Made by a program: the position numbers and the translations under genes
In this document: positions 8,033 to 16,150 of the stretch, in pieces
Position numbering within the stretch: position 1 is the stretch's first letter
How the letters are laid out: every line of letters starts with the position of its first letter
Origin: an uncultured Spirochaetaceae bacterium
Lineage (GTDB): Bacteria > Spirochaetota > Spirochaetia > DTKZ01
Length of the DNA: 64,000 nucleotides
Direction: 5' to 3'
Assembly: GCA_964397655.1 (NCBI GenBank)
Contig: CAYNKA010000004.1
Coordinates: 249,413 to 313,412, forward strand
Notes under the pieces: model-generated
Seen by the model: only the letters and a program-made list of their open reading frames with translations
Database searches by the model: none
What the model was told of the DNA's origin: nothing

Positions 8033-9142
8033 ATGCCCATCAAAGTGTCGTCGAGAACGAACGCGGATATAGACTCCGTGGTCAAGGAAATCGACCAGCG
8101 GGATGTCCGAGTCGTCATCTATTTCTTTTCCGTCGATCTCGAACGAATCAAACCTCACGAGAAGTTCAAAAGGGCCTTTCCCCGGGCCGTCTGCATCGGG
8201 GCCTCGATGATCGGGGGCTGGTCTTCCTCGAACGCGCTGGAAACCGGCATCACCGCGATGTCGCTCTCCTCGGAAGAGGTTGACGAGACTTTCGTGTCCT
8301 TCCGCGAAGGAGTGAAGAAGGATCCGAAAGGGGCGGCCCGGGAGGTGATCGAGGACCTCAAGCGGAAGATCGGACGCCGGCAAGTCAATCCCGAGGATTA
8401 TCTCGGCATCGTGCTTTTCGACGGGCTCTGCCTGGGCGAGGAAGTGATCCGTGAGTTGACGGTGGAGGACGGTTTCGTGTTCCCCATAATCGGAGGAGCC
8501 GCAGCCGATCAGCTCGATTTCAAGACGACGTTCATCGCCTGCGACGACAGGCTTTCCGGTGACGGCGTGCTCGTGCTCGTCATGAAGATGAGGATTCCCT
8601 TCTACTACAACCATTACGTCCATTACGTGCCGACGGGTCATTCCTTCGTCGTCACGAGAGCCGAACCTTCCCGCAGGATCGTCTGGGAGATCGACGGCCA
8701 GCCCGCGGCGCCCTACTATGCACGGCTGCTCGGGCTCAAGGACGCGGCCGAGCTTCGGCACGGCCATTTCGCGCGCAATCCCCTCGGCGTGGTCATCGGG
8801 GACACCGTCTATGCCCGGAGTCCCAATGCGGTGATGGAAGGGACGGGACTTCAATTCTATTGCTACATAGAAGCAGGCACGCGGGTGAGCATGTTGAAAC
8901 AGGGCGACATTCTGGACAACGCGAGAAAGGCCCTTGAGGAGGCCCGTGATTACGTCCCGAATCTTCAGGGAGCCATCCTCTTCAACTGCGTGCTCCGTTA
9001 TCTCGAAATGAAGGAACTGAACAAGCTCAAGGACTTCAACGATGTCTTCAAGCCTCTCGATTTCATCGGCTTCAACACCTACGGAGAGGAATTGTTCACG
9101 CATCACAACCAGACCCTGACCGCAGTCTTTTTCGGGAGATGA
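8033..9142 (+). CDS. FIST (NosP-like) N- and C-domain sensory protein
   Basis: IGASMIGG, LFDGL, IIGGAAAD, EIDGQPAA..Y, NPLG, ILFNCVLR and GFNTYGE motifs. GGAGG precedes ATG at 8033. Confidence 0.85.
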   Translation: MPIKVSSRTNADIDSVVKEIDQRDVRVVIYFFSVDLERIKPHEKFKRAFPRAVCIGASMIGGWSSSNALETGITAMSLSSEEVDETFVSFREGVKKDPKGAAREVIEDLKRKIGRRQVNPEDYLGIVLFDGLCLGEEVIRELTVEDGFVFPIIGGAAADQLDFKTTFIACDDRLSGDGVLVLVMKMRIPFYYNHYVHYVPTGHSFVVTRAEPSRRIVWEIDGQPAAPYYARLLGLKDAAELRHGHFARNPLGVVIGDTVYARSPNAVMEGTGLQFYCYIEAGTRVSMLKQGDILDNARKALEEARDYVPNLQGAILFNCVLRYLEMKELNKLKDFNDVFKPLDFIGFNTYGEELFTHHNQTLTAVFFGR

Positions 9143-9145
9143 ACC

Positions 9146-9997
9146 ATGGAAACTTCGACCGCAACCGTCACGAAGAATGAAACGGACCGCCTCAAGCTCA
9201 AGATGAGAAGGTCGGTCCATTACCTGAACAGCAAGCTCAAGGCCCTGATCTTCGAGATCGTTTCCCGGAGCGAGCTGCTCAACGTAACGGTCAATTACCT
9301 CGAAGAGAATTTCGGCCGCGTCACCGACATCATGAAGAGGGTCGACCTTTCTCTCCACGTCAGCATGAAGAGCTTCATCGAAACATTCAGGCGTTCCCAG
9401 GAGCACATCGAAGAGATCGACCGCAATTTCAAGTCCATAGAGGACGTCTTTCGAGCCTCCTTCGAGCTCAGCGTCGAGTTGAAGAGTCTTGCGAAGAAGG
9501 CCGGAGAGAATCTCGCGGTCATCAACGACATCACCGAGATCACGAACATTCTCGCGCTCAACGCGTCCATCGAAGCGGCGCGCGCGGGGCAGGCGGGCAA
9601 GGGATTCGCGGTCGTGGCCTCGCAGATCCGAAAGCACGCAGCCACCACGCAGGACTCCATCCGACGGACGGGAAGCAACCTGGAAAGCCTCATCAAGAAC
9701 ATCAACGTGCTCTCGGAAAAGATGAACGGAATCAAAACCGAAGTCGGGCAGGGCAAACGGATGGTCGACGAGCTGGTCGAGATCAACGGCCAGGGCAAGA
9801 CGGTCCTCGACACGGTGGCCTCGGACATGAATTCCGTCGAGACCGTTTTCAAGCAATACGACGAGGTGAAAGCCACCCTGGACAGGATGATTCGGCAATC
9901 CTCGGTCTCGAAAGAAGAGATAGAAAAGATGCTTCTCGCTTTCCGGAACGACGTGAACCGGATCGAAAAGGCCGACGCCGGCACCGGTCTCCGTTGA
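9146..9997 (+). CDS. Soluble methyl-accepting chemotaxis signalling-domain protein (no TM or sensor domain)
   Basis: Hairpin-tip motif NILALNASIEAARAGQAGKGFAVVA. No hydrophobic segment. Confidence 0.85.
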   Translation: METSTATVTKNETDRLKLKMRRSVHYLNSKLKALIFEIVSRSELLNVTVNYLEENFGRVTDIMKRVDLSLHVSMKSFIETFRRSQEHIEEIDRNFKSIEDVFRASFELSVELKSLAKKAGENLAVINDITEITNILALNASIEAARAGQAGKGFAVVASQIRKHAATTQDSIRRTGSNLESLIKNINVLSEKMNGIKTEVGQGKRMVDELVEINGQGKTVLDTVASDMNSVETVFKQYDEVKATLDRMIRQSSVSKEEIEKMLLAFRNDVNRIEKADAGTGLR

Positions 9998-10062
9998 AAG
10001 TTTCCGACCGCTTCGGGTATAGTTCGGTTGTAGCGTAAGGACGGACCAAAGGAGGGCCGCGC

Positions 10063-10590
10063 ATGGCAAAGAAAGCGAAGACTCTCGTCGGGATCGTCAT
10101 GGGAAGCGATTCGGATCTTTCCGTGATGAAGGAAGCGGCGGAAATCCTGGAGCAGGCGGGAGTCTCATTCGAGATCACCATTGCCTCCGCGCACCGCGCC
10201 CCCCGGCGCGTATACGATTACGCGGAATCCGCGGCGAAGCGCGGATTGAAACTGATCATCGCCGGCGCGGGCGGCGCGGCCCATCTTCCGGGGGTCGTCG
10301 CCGCGCTCACCCCGCTTCCCGTCATCGGAGTCCCGATCAAGACGGGGGCCTTTTCCGGCCTGGATTCGCTTCTCTCCATCGTCCAGATGCCTTCCGGCAT
10401 TCCCGTCGCGACGGTCGGCGTGAACGGGGCGAAGAACGCGGGACTCCTCGCGGTCCGGATTCTCGGCCTCGAGGACGCGGGAATCGCCGGGTGGATCGAA
10501 GGATATCGGAAAAAGCTGGAGAGCGAAGTGGAAAAGAAGGCGAAAAAGCTGGAACTCGCCGGATTTCGGGATTATCTTCAGGATACGTGA
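10063..10590 (+). CDS. purE: N5-carboxyaminoimidazole ribonucleotide mutase
   Basis: [42 protein letters not shown] motifs. Confidence 0.97.
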   Translation: MAKKAKTLVGIVMGSDSDLSVMKEAAEILEQAGVSFEITIASAHRAPRRVYDYAESAAKRGLKLIIAGAGGAAHLPGVVAALTPLPVIGVPIKTGAFSGLDSLLSIVQMPSGIPVATVGVNGAKNAGLLAVRILGLEDAGIAGWIEGYRKKLESEVEKKAKKLELAGFRDYLQDT

Positions 10591-10632
10591 TATATTCCGT
10601 AACGTAAAAAACCGGGAGTTTCGGCGAATCCA

Positions 10633-12726
10633 ATGACGACTAAAATACCTTTGGAACGCACCATAGACGAGTTCATCCTCGGGCGAAAAGTCCGCTTTAC
10701 GCTGGAGGAATTGCTGCAGGCCGTACAGTCCAAAGGCGGCAAGCGGTACGACGAAAAGGAAATACTCGACATCCTGGAGACGGAAGGCCTCGTCTTTTCG
10801 CGGGACTTCAAGGGCTTCATGCCGCGTCACGCCTTTTTCCGGAACGCCCGTTTCATGATCTCCCCCACCGAGGAGGAGGCGAAGGAGAGGATACTCTTTC
10901 CGGGGCACAGGTTCGTGCCTTTCTGCTCCCGGAGGGTCAGGCCCTGGGACTGCACGTTGAAATGCGGCGGCGTGCTGGTACCCCGCGAGAGCGTGAAACG
11001 CAGGCTCAAGGCCGTTTCCGTCTACCATTCGCTCTACGGAGCAGAAAGCCTTCCCGGCATCCTCATCGAGAACCACCCTTCGAACGAAAAGGCTTTCCGC
11101 GAGGCGAAAAGCCTGGACTGGGAGGCGGAACTCACCATCTACGATTTCACTCTTCCCTTCGAGCGGTGGAATTTCAAATTCGGCGACGGCCTCGTTTTCA
11201 CCGTCGAGGACTGGTCGGCAGGAGTGTATTCGGTGGATTTCGTTTCGGCGAAGGAACGGAAGGCCCTCATGAAGAAATCCGGGGACTGGATCGCGCGCAT
11301 GGAAAAGGGCTTTCTCAAGGCTTTCGACGATCTCGGCCTCGACTACCCCATGGAGGAGCAGATAGCCTACGGCTACTATTACGCGGGGAAGGAAGTCCAG
11401 AAGAATCCTCCCATCCATCTCGGCGGCTTCATCGATTCGTCGTCGAAGGTCAATTTCGTGGAATACGGGATGGAGATCCGGCTGTGGCACGAGCCGCACC
11501 TCGACCCTTCCCTGCTGAACCTGCCGGAGGCGGTCGGTGCCGAGGGGGCTACGGGCAGCATCGACGCGATTTTCCGGGATCTGGGAATCAGCCTCTCCGA
11601 GGTCGAGGTCGAAGCCTACATGAGGGACGAGCTTTTTCACCGGCGGGACCAGCCCGAAGCCGTGCTCAAACGTATCTTTTCCGGAAGGGCCCTGAAGTTC
11701 TATTCGGAAGAACAGCTCGACGATTTCGTGAAGTACTTCGACAAGCTGTGGAAACGGGTCCGGAGATCCTACAACTTCTTCGCCGACCAGCACGTCGGAA
11801 AGGTCAGGGAGAAGATCCTCGCCCTCCTCGACCGCCAAGTCGCATGGCTTCGCGGCCTCGACGCGCTCGACGTGTCCCCCGACGCCCTTCCCGTGAAGGA
11901 GATGACTCTGGCTTCGCAGACGAGCGCCTTCCTGGAAACCTACCTCCGGATCTTCAACAGGAAGAATCCCGTGTCCGAGGCGGAAATCGACGAGGTGCTC
12001 GACCTGCTTCCGCAGATCGATTCGTCCCTCGAGGGCCTTCGACGGACGGTCGACGAGGATATCAGCCGGAAGAGGGGCGGAACCCCGGCCGCTCCCGAGG
12101 TCGAACGGAATTTCAAGCTGATCAAGGCCGAGAAGCCCGGAAAGAAAGGCGATGATAAGAAGGACAAGCGCCAGTTCGTGCTGAAGGTCTCCCTCCAGCA
12201 CCTCCGGCCCCCGATCTGGAGGCGCCTGCGGGTGCCGGGCGACTTCACGCTCGCGGACCTCCACGAAGCGATTCAGGCCGCGATGGGGTGGGACAATTTC
12301 CATCAGCACGGCTTCCTCGTCGATTCCCGTTCCTATTCGCCCACCGACGAGGAAGGCAGGACTCCCGAAGGCGAAATCGACGAAGCGACGGCGGTCCTGG
12401 ACGAACTCGACCTGTCGTCGGATTCGGTGATCCGTTACACCTATGATTTCGGCGACGATTGGGTCCATTCCATATCGGTGGAGGAGATCGTTCGGCGCTC
12501 CGGCCTTTCCGAGGAGGAAGCCTCCGCTGCTGTCTGCCTGGGCGGCAAGCGGGCCTGCCCGCCGGAGGATTGCGGCGGTCCGGCGGGTTACGAGGAAATC
12601 ATCCAGGCCCTGAGGTCGCCCCGGAAGAAAAAATACCGTGAACTCCTCGACTGGGTCGGCGACTACGATCCCGAGGCCTTCGACATCGAGGCGGTCAATT
12701 CCAGGCTCAAGGGCCGGGACAGCTGA
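10633..12726 (+). CDS. Large protein with a C-terminal plasmid pRiA4b ORF-3-like domain
   Basis: C-terminal LKVSL..LRPPIWRRLRVP..FTLADLH.AIQAAMGW...H.H.F, Y.YDFGDDW.H and CPPEDCGG. The first ~500 aa are unrecognised. Confidence 0.75.
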   Translation: MTTKIPLERTIDEFILGRKVRFTLEELLQAVQSKGGKRYDEKEILDILETEGLVFSRDFKGFMPRHAFFRNARFMISPTEEEAKERILFPGHRFVPFCSRRVRPWDCTLKCGGVLVPRESVKRRLKAVSVYHSLYGAESLPGILIENHPSNEKAFREAKSLDWEAELTIYDFTLPFERWNFKFGDGLVFTVEDWSAGVYSVDFVSAKERKALMKKSGDWIARMEKGFLKAFDDLGLDYPMEEQIAYGYYYAGKEVQKNPPIHLGGFIDSSSKVNFVEYGMEIRLWHEPHLDPSLLNLPEAVGAEGATGSIDAIFRDLGISLSEVEVEAYMRDELFHRRDQPEAVLKRIFSGRALKFYSEEQLDDFVKYFDKLWKRVRRSYNFFADQHVGKVREKILALLDRQVAWLRGLDALDVSPDALPVKEMTLASQTSAFLETYLRIFNRKNPVSEAEIDEVLDLLPQIDSSLEGLRRTVDEDISRKRGGTPAAPEVERNFKLIKAEKPGKKGDDKKDKRQFVLKVSLQHLRPPIWRRLRVPGDFTLADLHEAIQAAMGWDNFHQHGFLVDSRSYSPTDEEGRTPEGEIDEATAVLDELDLSSDSVIRYTYDFGDDWVHSISVEEIVRRSGLSEEEASAAVCLGGKRACPPEDCGGPAGYEEIIQALRSPRKKKYRELLDWVGDYDPEAFDIEAVNSRLKGRDS

Positions 12727-12775
12727 GCCGCCGCTCCCGGCCGTTCCGGCGTCGAGCCGGTACGCTTGCCGGAAT

Positions 12776-12804
12776 TTGCCTTTTCCGCACGAAAGTCCTA
12801 CATT
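12776..12804 (+). promoter_or_regulatory. Sigma70-type promoter of the small ORF
   Basis: TTGCCT, 17 bp spacer, TACATT, followed by AGGAGG at 12811-12816. Confidence 0.5.
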
Positions 12805-12821
12805 TTAACCAGGAGGTCGCC

Positions 12822-12974
12822 ATGGAAGTCACGAATTCCGTCGAATCCGTCGCTCCGGTTGCGTCGACTGCGAACCCGGTTCCGGCCGAGGCGCCGCTCC
12901 CCTCCGAGCCGCCCGTGGAAGAGATATCTCCCGCCGACGAAGGAAAGGGAACCGTTCTGGACGTTCTCGCCTAG
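12822..12974 (+). CDS. 50-aa acidic Pro/Ala-rich small protein (below the ORF-track cutoff)
   Basis: AGGAGG, 5 nt, ATG. Translates as MEVTNSVESVAPVASTANPVPAEAPLPSEPPVEEISPADEGKGTVLDVLA*, with its own promoter. Confidence 0.7.
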   Translation: MEVTNSVESVAPVASTANPVPAEAPLPSEPPVEEISPADEGKGTVLDVLA

Positions 12975-13058
12975 GTCTCCGACATCCCCGCCGAATCAGT
13001 TCGTATCTATTTCTCTATTTTACCGGCTGTTGGACGGAATGGGCATTTCTTGCCGAAA

Positions 13059-13148
13059 TACTGACCGAAAGAGGCTTTTCGGTCAGTAAATGAAATTCGG
13101 TCATCGACCGATAAAAATACTTGACGAACCGAAGAATACGGTTAATAT
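13059..13148 (+). promoter_or_regulatory. Promoter with clustered inverted repeats (operator and/or terminator)
   Basis: TACTGACCGAAAG-AGGC-TTTTCGGTCAGTA (13059-13088), TCGGTC-ATC-GACCGA (13097-13111), and TTGACG-AACCG-N7-CGGT-TAATAT (13121-13148). Confidence 0.55.
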
Positions 13149-13192
13149 TGATCTATATTTTCGTTTTGGAAATTCTGGAAGGAGAAATAGGA

Positions 13193-14170
13193 ATGAAGAA
13201 AGTAGCTTTGGCGCTCGTATTGGCCGCCCTCGTGCTTCCGGCCTTCGCGGACGAAGCCCTCGTCCTGCCGGAAGGCGTCTTGAGGATATCCGTCGTTCCG
13301 AATTACGGGTTCGCGACCGAAAAATGGGACAGCGACGGCGAGGCCCAGGACATTTCGTACAGCATATTCAAGTCCGACGGGATGAAGTTCTTCAACCTCG
13401 CCTTGGCCTTCGAGTACGGAATCAACGACTGGATCACCGGCGCCATCCAGTGGACCCCCGGTTGGAACCTCTGGTCGACCGCTGGTTTCTCCGAAGAAAC
13501 CCACCCCGTCTACCATATTCCGCTCTATCTGAACCAGGGAAAACTCGGGAATTTCAACGACCTCTTCATCGGCGCGAAGTTCCAGCTCGTCGGCAAGAAG
13601 GCTCCGGTCCAGCGCGACGACATGAGGTTCTCCCTCGCCGCCGGCGTGAAGGCGCCCCTTCCCGGAGCGAGCTCCGCGGACATCAAGCCGACCGAGGATT
13701 CCGCGTTCGTCATGAACGAGACGGACAGGCACCTCTGGGGCCTCGGGTTCCGCGGCTACTACGATTACATCTTCAACGAATACTTCTTCCTCAACTTCTT
13801 CACCGAGCTGATCTACTACCCGGAACAGAAGGTGAGCGACAGCGTGAACTTCGGCGACGACAACAAGGTCAACTTCAAGTACGACCTGAAGCTCGAGGTC
13901 GAGCCCCAGTTCCAGTACCCGATCGGAAACGGAGTCAACCTCAAGACCAGCCTGATGGCCACCTACACCATGAACCCTGACTACACGGTCGAAGGCAACG
14001 ACGTCGACGGTTCCTACATGTTCTCGGTCACGCCGAACGTAGGCCTCTTCTTCACGAAGACCTTCATGCCCTTCGAGCTCACGCTCCGCTATCGCCTGCC
14101 CCTCATGGGCGAGAACGCCGTGATCGTCCACAACGTGGCGCTCGTCGGCAAGTTCTACCTCAAGTTCTGA
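13193..14170 (+). CDS. Exported protein, probable outer-membrane beta-barrel
   Basis: Signal peptide MKKVALALVLAALVLPAFA. Aromatic-rich amphipathic strands and a terminal Phe (GKFYLKF). Confidence 0.7.
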   Translation: MKKVALALVLAALVLPAFADEALVLPEGVLRISVVPNYGFATEKWDSDGEAQDISYSIFKSDGMKFFNLALAFEYGINDWITGAIQWTPGWNLWSTAGFSEETHPVYHIPLYLNQGKLGNFNDLFIGAKFQLVGKKAPVQRDDMRFSLAAGVKAPLPGASSADIKPTEDSAFVMNETDRHLWGLGFRGYYDYIFNEYFFLNFFTELIYYPEQKVSDSVNFGDDNKVNFKYDLKLEVEPQFQYPIGNGVNLKTSLMATYTMNPDYTVEGNDVDGSYMFSVTPNVGLFFTKTFMPFELTLRYRLPLMGENAVIVHNVALVGKFYLKF

Positions 14171-14190
14171 TCGGCAGACGGGGGTCCATA

Positions 14191-14216
14191 CCCCGGAGCT
14201 TGCTCCGGGGTTCTTC
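14191..14216 (+). terminator. GC hairpin with CUUG loop after the OMP gene
   Basis: CCCCGGAG-CTTG-CTCCGGGG followed by TTCTTC. Confidence 0.6.
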
Positions 14217-14247
14217 ATGCGACGCTTCCATACTGAGCAAGATTGCG

Positions 14248-14276
14248 AAGCCGCCCGGTTCCCGGGCGGCTTTTTT
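14248..14276 (+). terminator. Rho-independent terminator
   Basis: AAGCCGCCCGG-TTC-CCGGGCGGCTTTTTT. Confidence 0.8.
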
Positions 14277-14336
14277 CATCGCTTGCGGCGCCCGTCGACA
14301 CGAGCGGGGCGGTTTGCCGGCCTCGGCCTCCCGCGT

Positions 14337-15512
14337 CTATCCGACGTGAGGCCTGCGACTCCTCATGCGGATGACCGCGAGGACGCAGGCGAAGGCGAGG
14401 CCGGCGTTCACGGTCGCGGCGAGGAACACGGCCTGAAGTCCGTAGCCGTCCGCGAGCCAGCCGGAGAAGGCGGCGGCGGCGGAGCCTACGCCGAAGCTCA
14501 TGAAGAACATGACGCCGTAGCCCACGCCGAGCCGTTTTTTCGGGAGGAGTTTCGAGATGAGCATGTTCTGCAGCGGCTGGTACGCGAAGGTGAAGAAGGC
14601 GTTCACGACCGAGGCCGCGATGAGGACCATGCCGTCGGATATGGTCATGACGACGAGGGTCGCCGCGGCAACGAGAAGCGTGACGGCGTAGAGGAAGTCC
14701 GGTCGGTGCCGATCCACGAGGCGGCCGGCGACGTACTGCCCGGCGGCACCGAAGACGAGGGTGAGGGTCGCGAAAACGCCTCCCAGGGTAACCTTGTCCA
14801 AGGAAACACCCAGCACGACCTTCTGGCCGAGGTAGGTCGGCAGGAAGGTCAACGTTCCGCGGCTCGCCATGCCCATGATCGCGCACGAGGCGAAGAAGGC
14901 GACGAGGACGGGCGGGTCGATGGCGTCGTCCCCTGTCTCCTCCGACTGCTTTCCTTCTCTGCGTTCCGGTGAAGGAAGCCTCAGGGCGAAAACGCCGACG
15001 AGAAGGGTCAAGGAGCCGAATATGACGTGCGGAGCCTTCCAGCCGAGCCTGGTCCCAAGCCAGGCGGCGAGGACCGGAACGGCGGCGGTTCCGATACTGC
15101 CCGCTATGCCGTTGATGCCGAGGGCCTTGCCCTGTTCCTTCATCTCCATGATGATCATGGTGTTCGCCGCCGGGTGGTAGAGGCTTCCGAGCAGACCCAG
15201 GAAACCGAGGATGATTCCGAACGGCAGAAGCCCGTTCACGGGAAGAACGGCGAGGCACAAGATGCCGGCGCCGAAGAGGTAGGCGACGAGCAGCCGTTTC
15301 GGCCCGAATTTGTCGGCGAGAACACCCGCGGGCAAGGAGCCGAGGCCGAAAGCGTACGAGAATACCGTCATCACGAGACCGAGCTGGAAGTAGTTCGCGC
15401 CGAACACCCCGAGGAGGAGGGGGAAGAGCGGAGGGACTGCCCCTTCGATGAGGTGAACGAGCGTATGGGAGAGGGTGATCACCTGAAGAGTCTTTCTTTC
15501 TTGCCTGTCCAT
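14337..15512 (-). CDS. MFS transporter
   Basis: About 12 hydrophobic segments. Motif A-like G.LADKFGPKR and GRLVDRHRP. Start MDRQERKTLQ. Confidence 0.88.
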   Translation of the reverse strand: MDRQERKTLQVITLSHTLVHLIEGAVPPLFPLLLGVFGANYFQLGLVMTVFSYAFGLGSLPAGVLADKFGPKRLLVAYLFGAGILCLAVLPVNGLLPFGIILGFLGLLGSLYHPAANTMIIMEMKEQGKALGINGIAGSIGTAAVPVLAAWLGTRLGWKAPHVIFGSLTLLVGVFALRLPSPERREGKQSEETGDDAIDPPVLVAFFASCAIMGMASRGTLTFLPTYLGQKVVLGVSLDKVTLGGVFATLTLVFGAAGQYVAGRLVDRHRPDFLYAVTLLVAAATLVVMTISDGMVLIAASVVNAFFTFAYQPLQNMLISKLLPKKRLGVGYGVMFFMSFGVGSAAAAFSGWLADGYGLQAVFLAATVNAGLAFACVLAVIRMRSRRPHVG

Positions 15513-15640
15513 GCGAGGGCTCCTCGTTTCATGATTCCGAAAAGGGTAAACGTTTGTCCGGTTCCTGTCAAATTCCGTCGGTGCCCGGATTAAGACCGGG
15601 AGTTTCTTTCCCCGCGGGCCGGCCTCCTCGGTCCGAATTC

Positions 15641-15669
15641 TTGACAGGCCCGGGGGGTGCCGGTACTCT
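15641..15669 (+). promoter_or_regulatory. Sigma70 promoter retained in front of the aconitase remnant
   Basis: TTGACA, 17 bp spacer, TACTCT, then AAGGAGG before GTG at 15704. Confidence 0.7.
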
Positions 15670-15703
15670 GGCATCGACCTTTATGCGAAGGAGGGGCGTT
15701 TCC

Positions 15704-16150
15704 GTGAAAGTGACTCCCTCGATCGATTCCCTTTCCTGCAAGGATGTTCTCGAAACCGGTTCCGAAAAATTCCTCTACTACAGCCTGAAGAAGCTCGAAA
15801 AGATCGTTCCTTCGATCGGTCGTTGGCCTTATTCCGTGCGGATCCTCCTCGAAGCGGTGGTTCGGGCCGAGAACGGGCGGGAGATCACGAAGAAGGACGT
15901 CGACTCCTTTCTCGCGTACGATCCCGAGAAATCGGGAGACATCGAAATCCCCTTCATGCCGGCGCGGGTCCTGCTTCAGGACTTCACCGGCGTGCCCTGC
16001 GTCGTGGACCTCGCCGCCATGCGGGCCGCGGATAAAAACGCCGCCGTCGAGTTCGAGCGGAACCGGGAGCGTTACGAGTTCCTCAGGTGGGGGCAGAAGG
16101 CGCTTTTCTCTTTCGCCGCCCGATCCGGCCTCCCCCGGCCTCGAGCCTAG
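15704..16150 (+). pseudogene. acnA: Aconitate hydratase A remnant (internal deletion, C-terminus missing)
   Basis: YYSL, PYSVRILLE and IPFMPARVLLQDFTGVPCVVDLAAMR join directly to KNAAVEFERNRERYEFLRWGQKA. The VIDHSV segment and everything after WGQKA are absent. Confidence 0.88.

Noticed and set aside
10633-12726. Mobile element implied by the pRiA4b ORF-3 domain
   Set aside because: No transposase, terminal inverted repeats or target duplications were seen.
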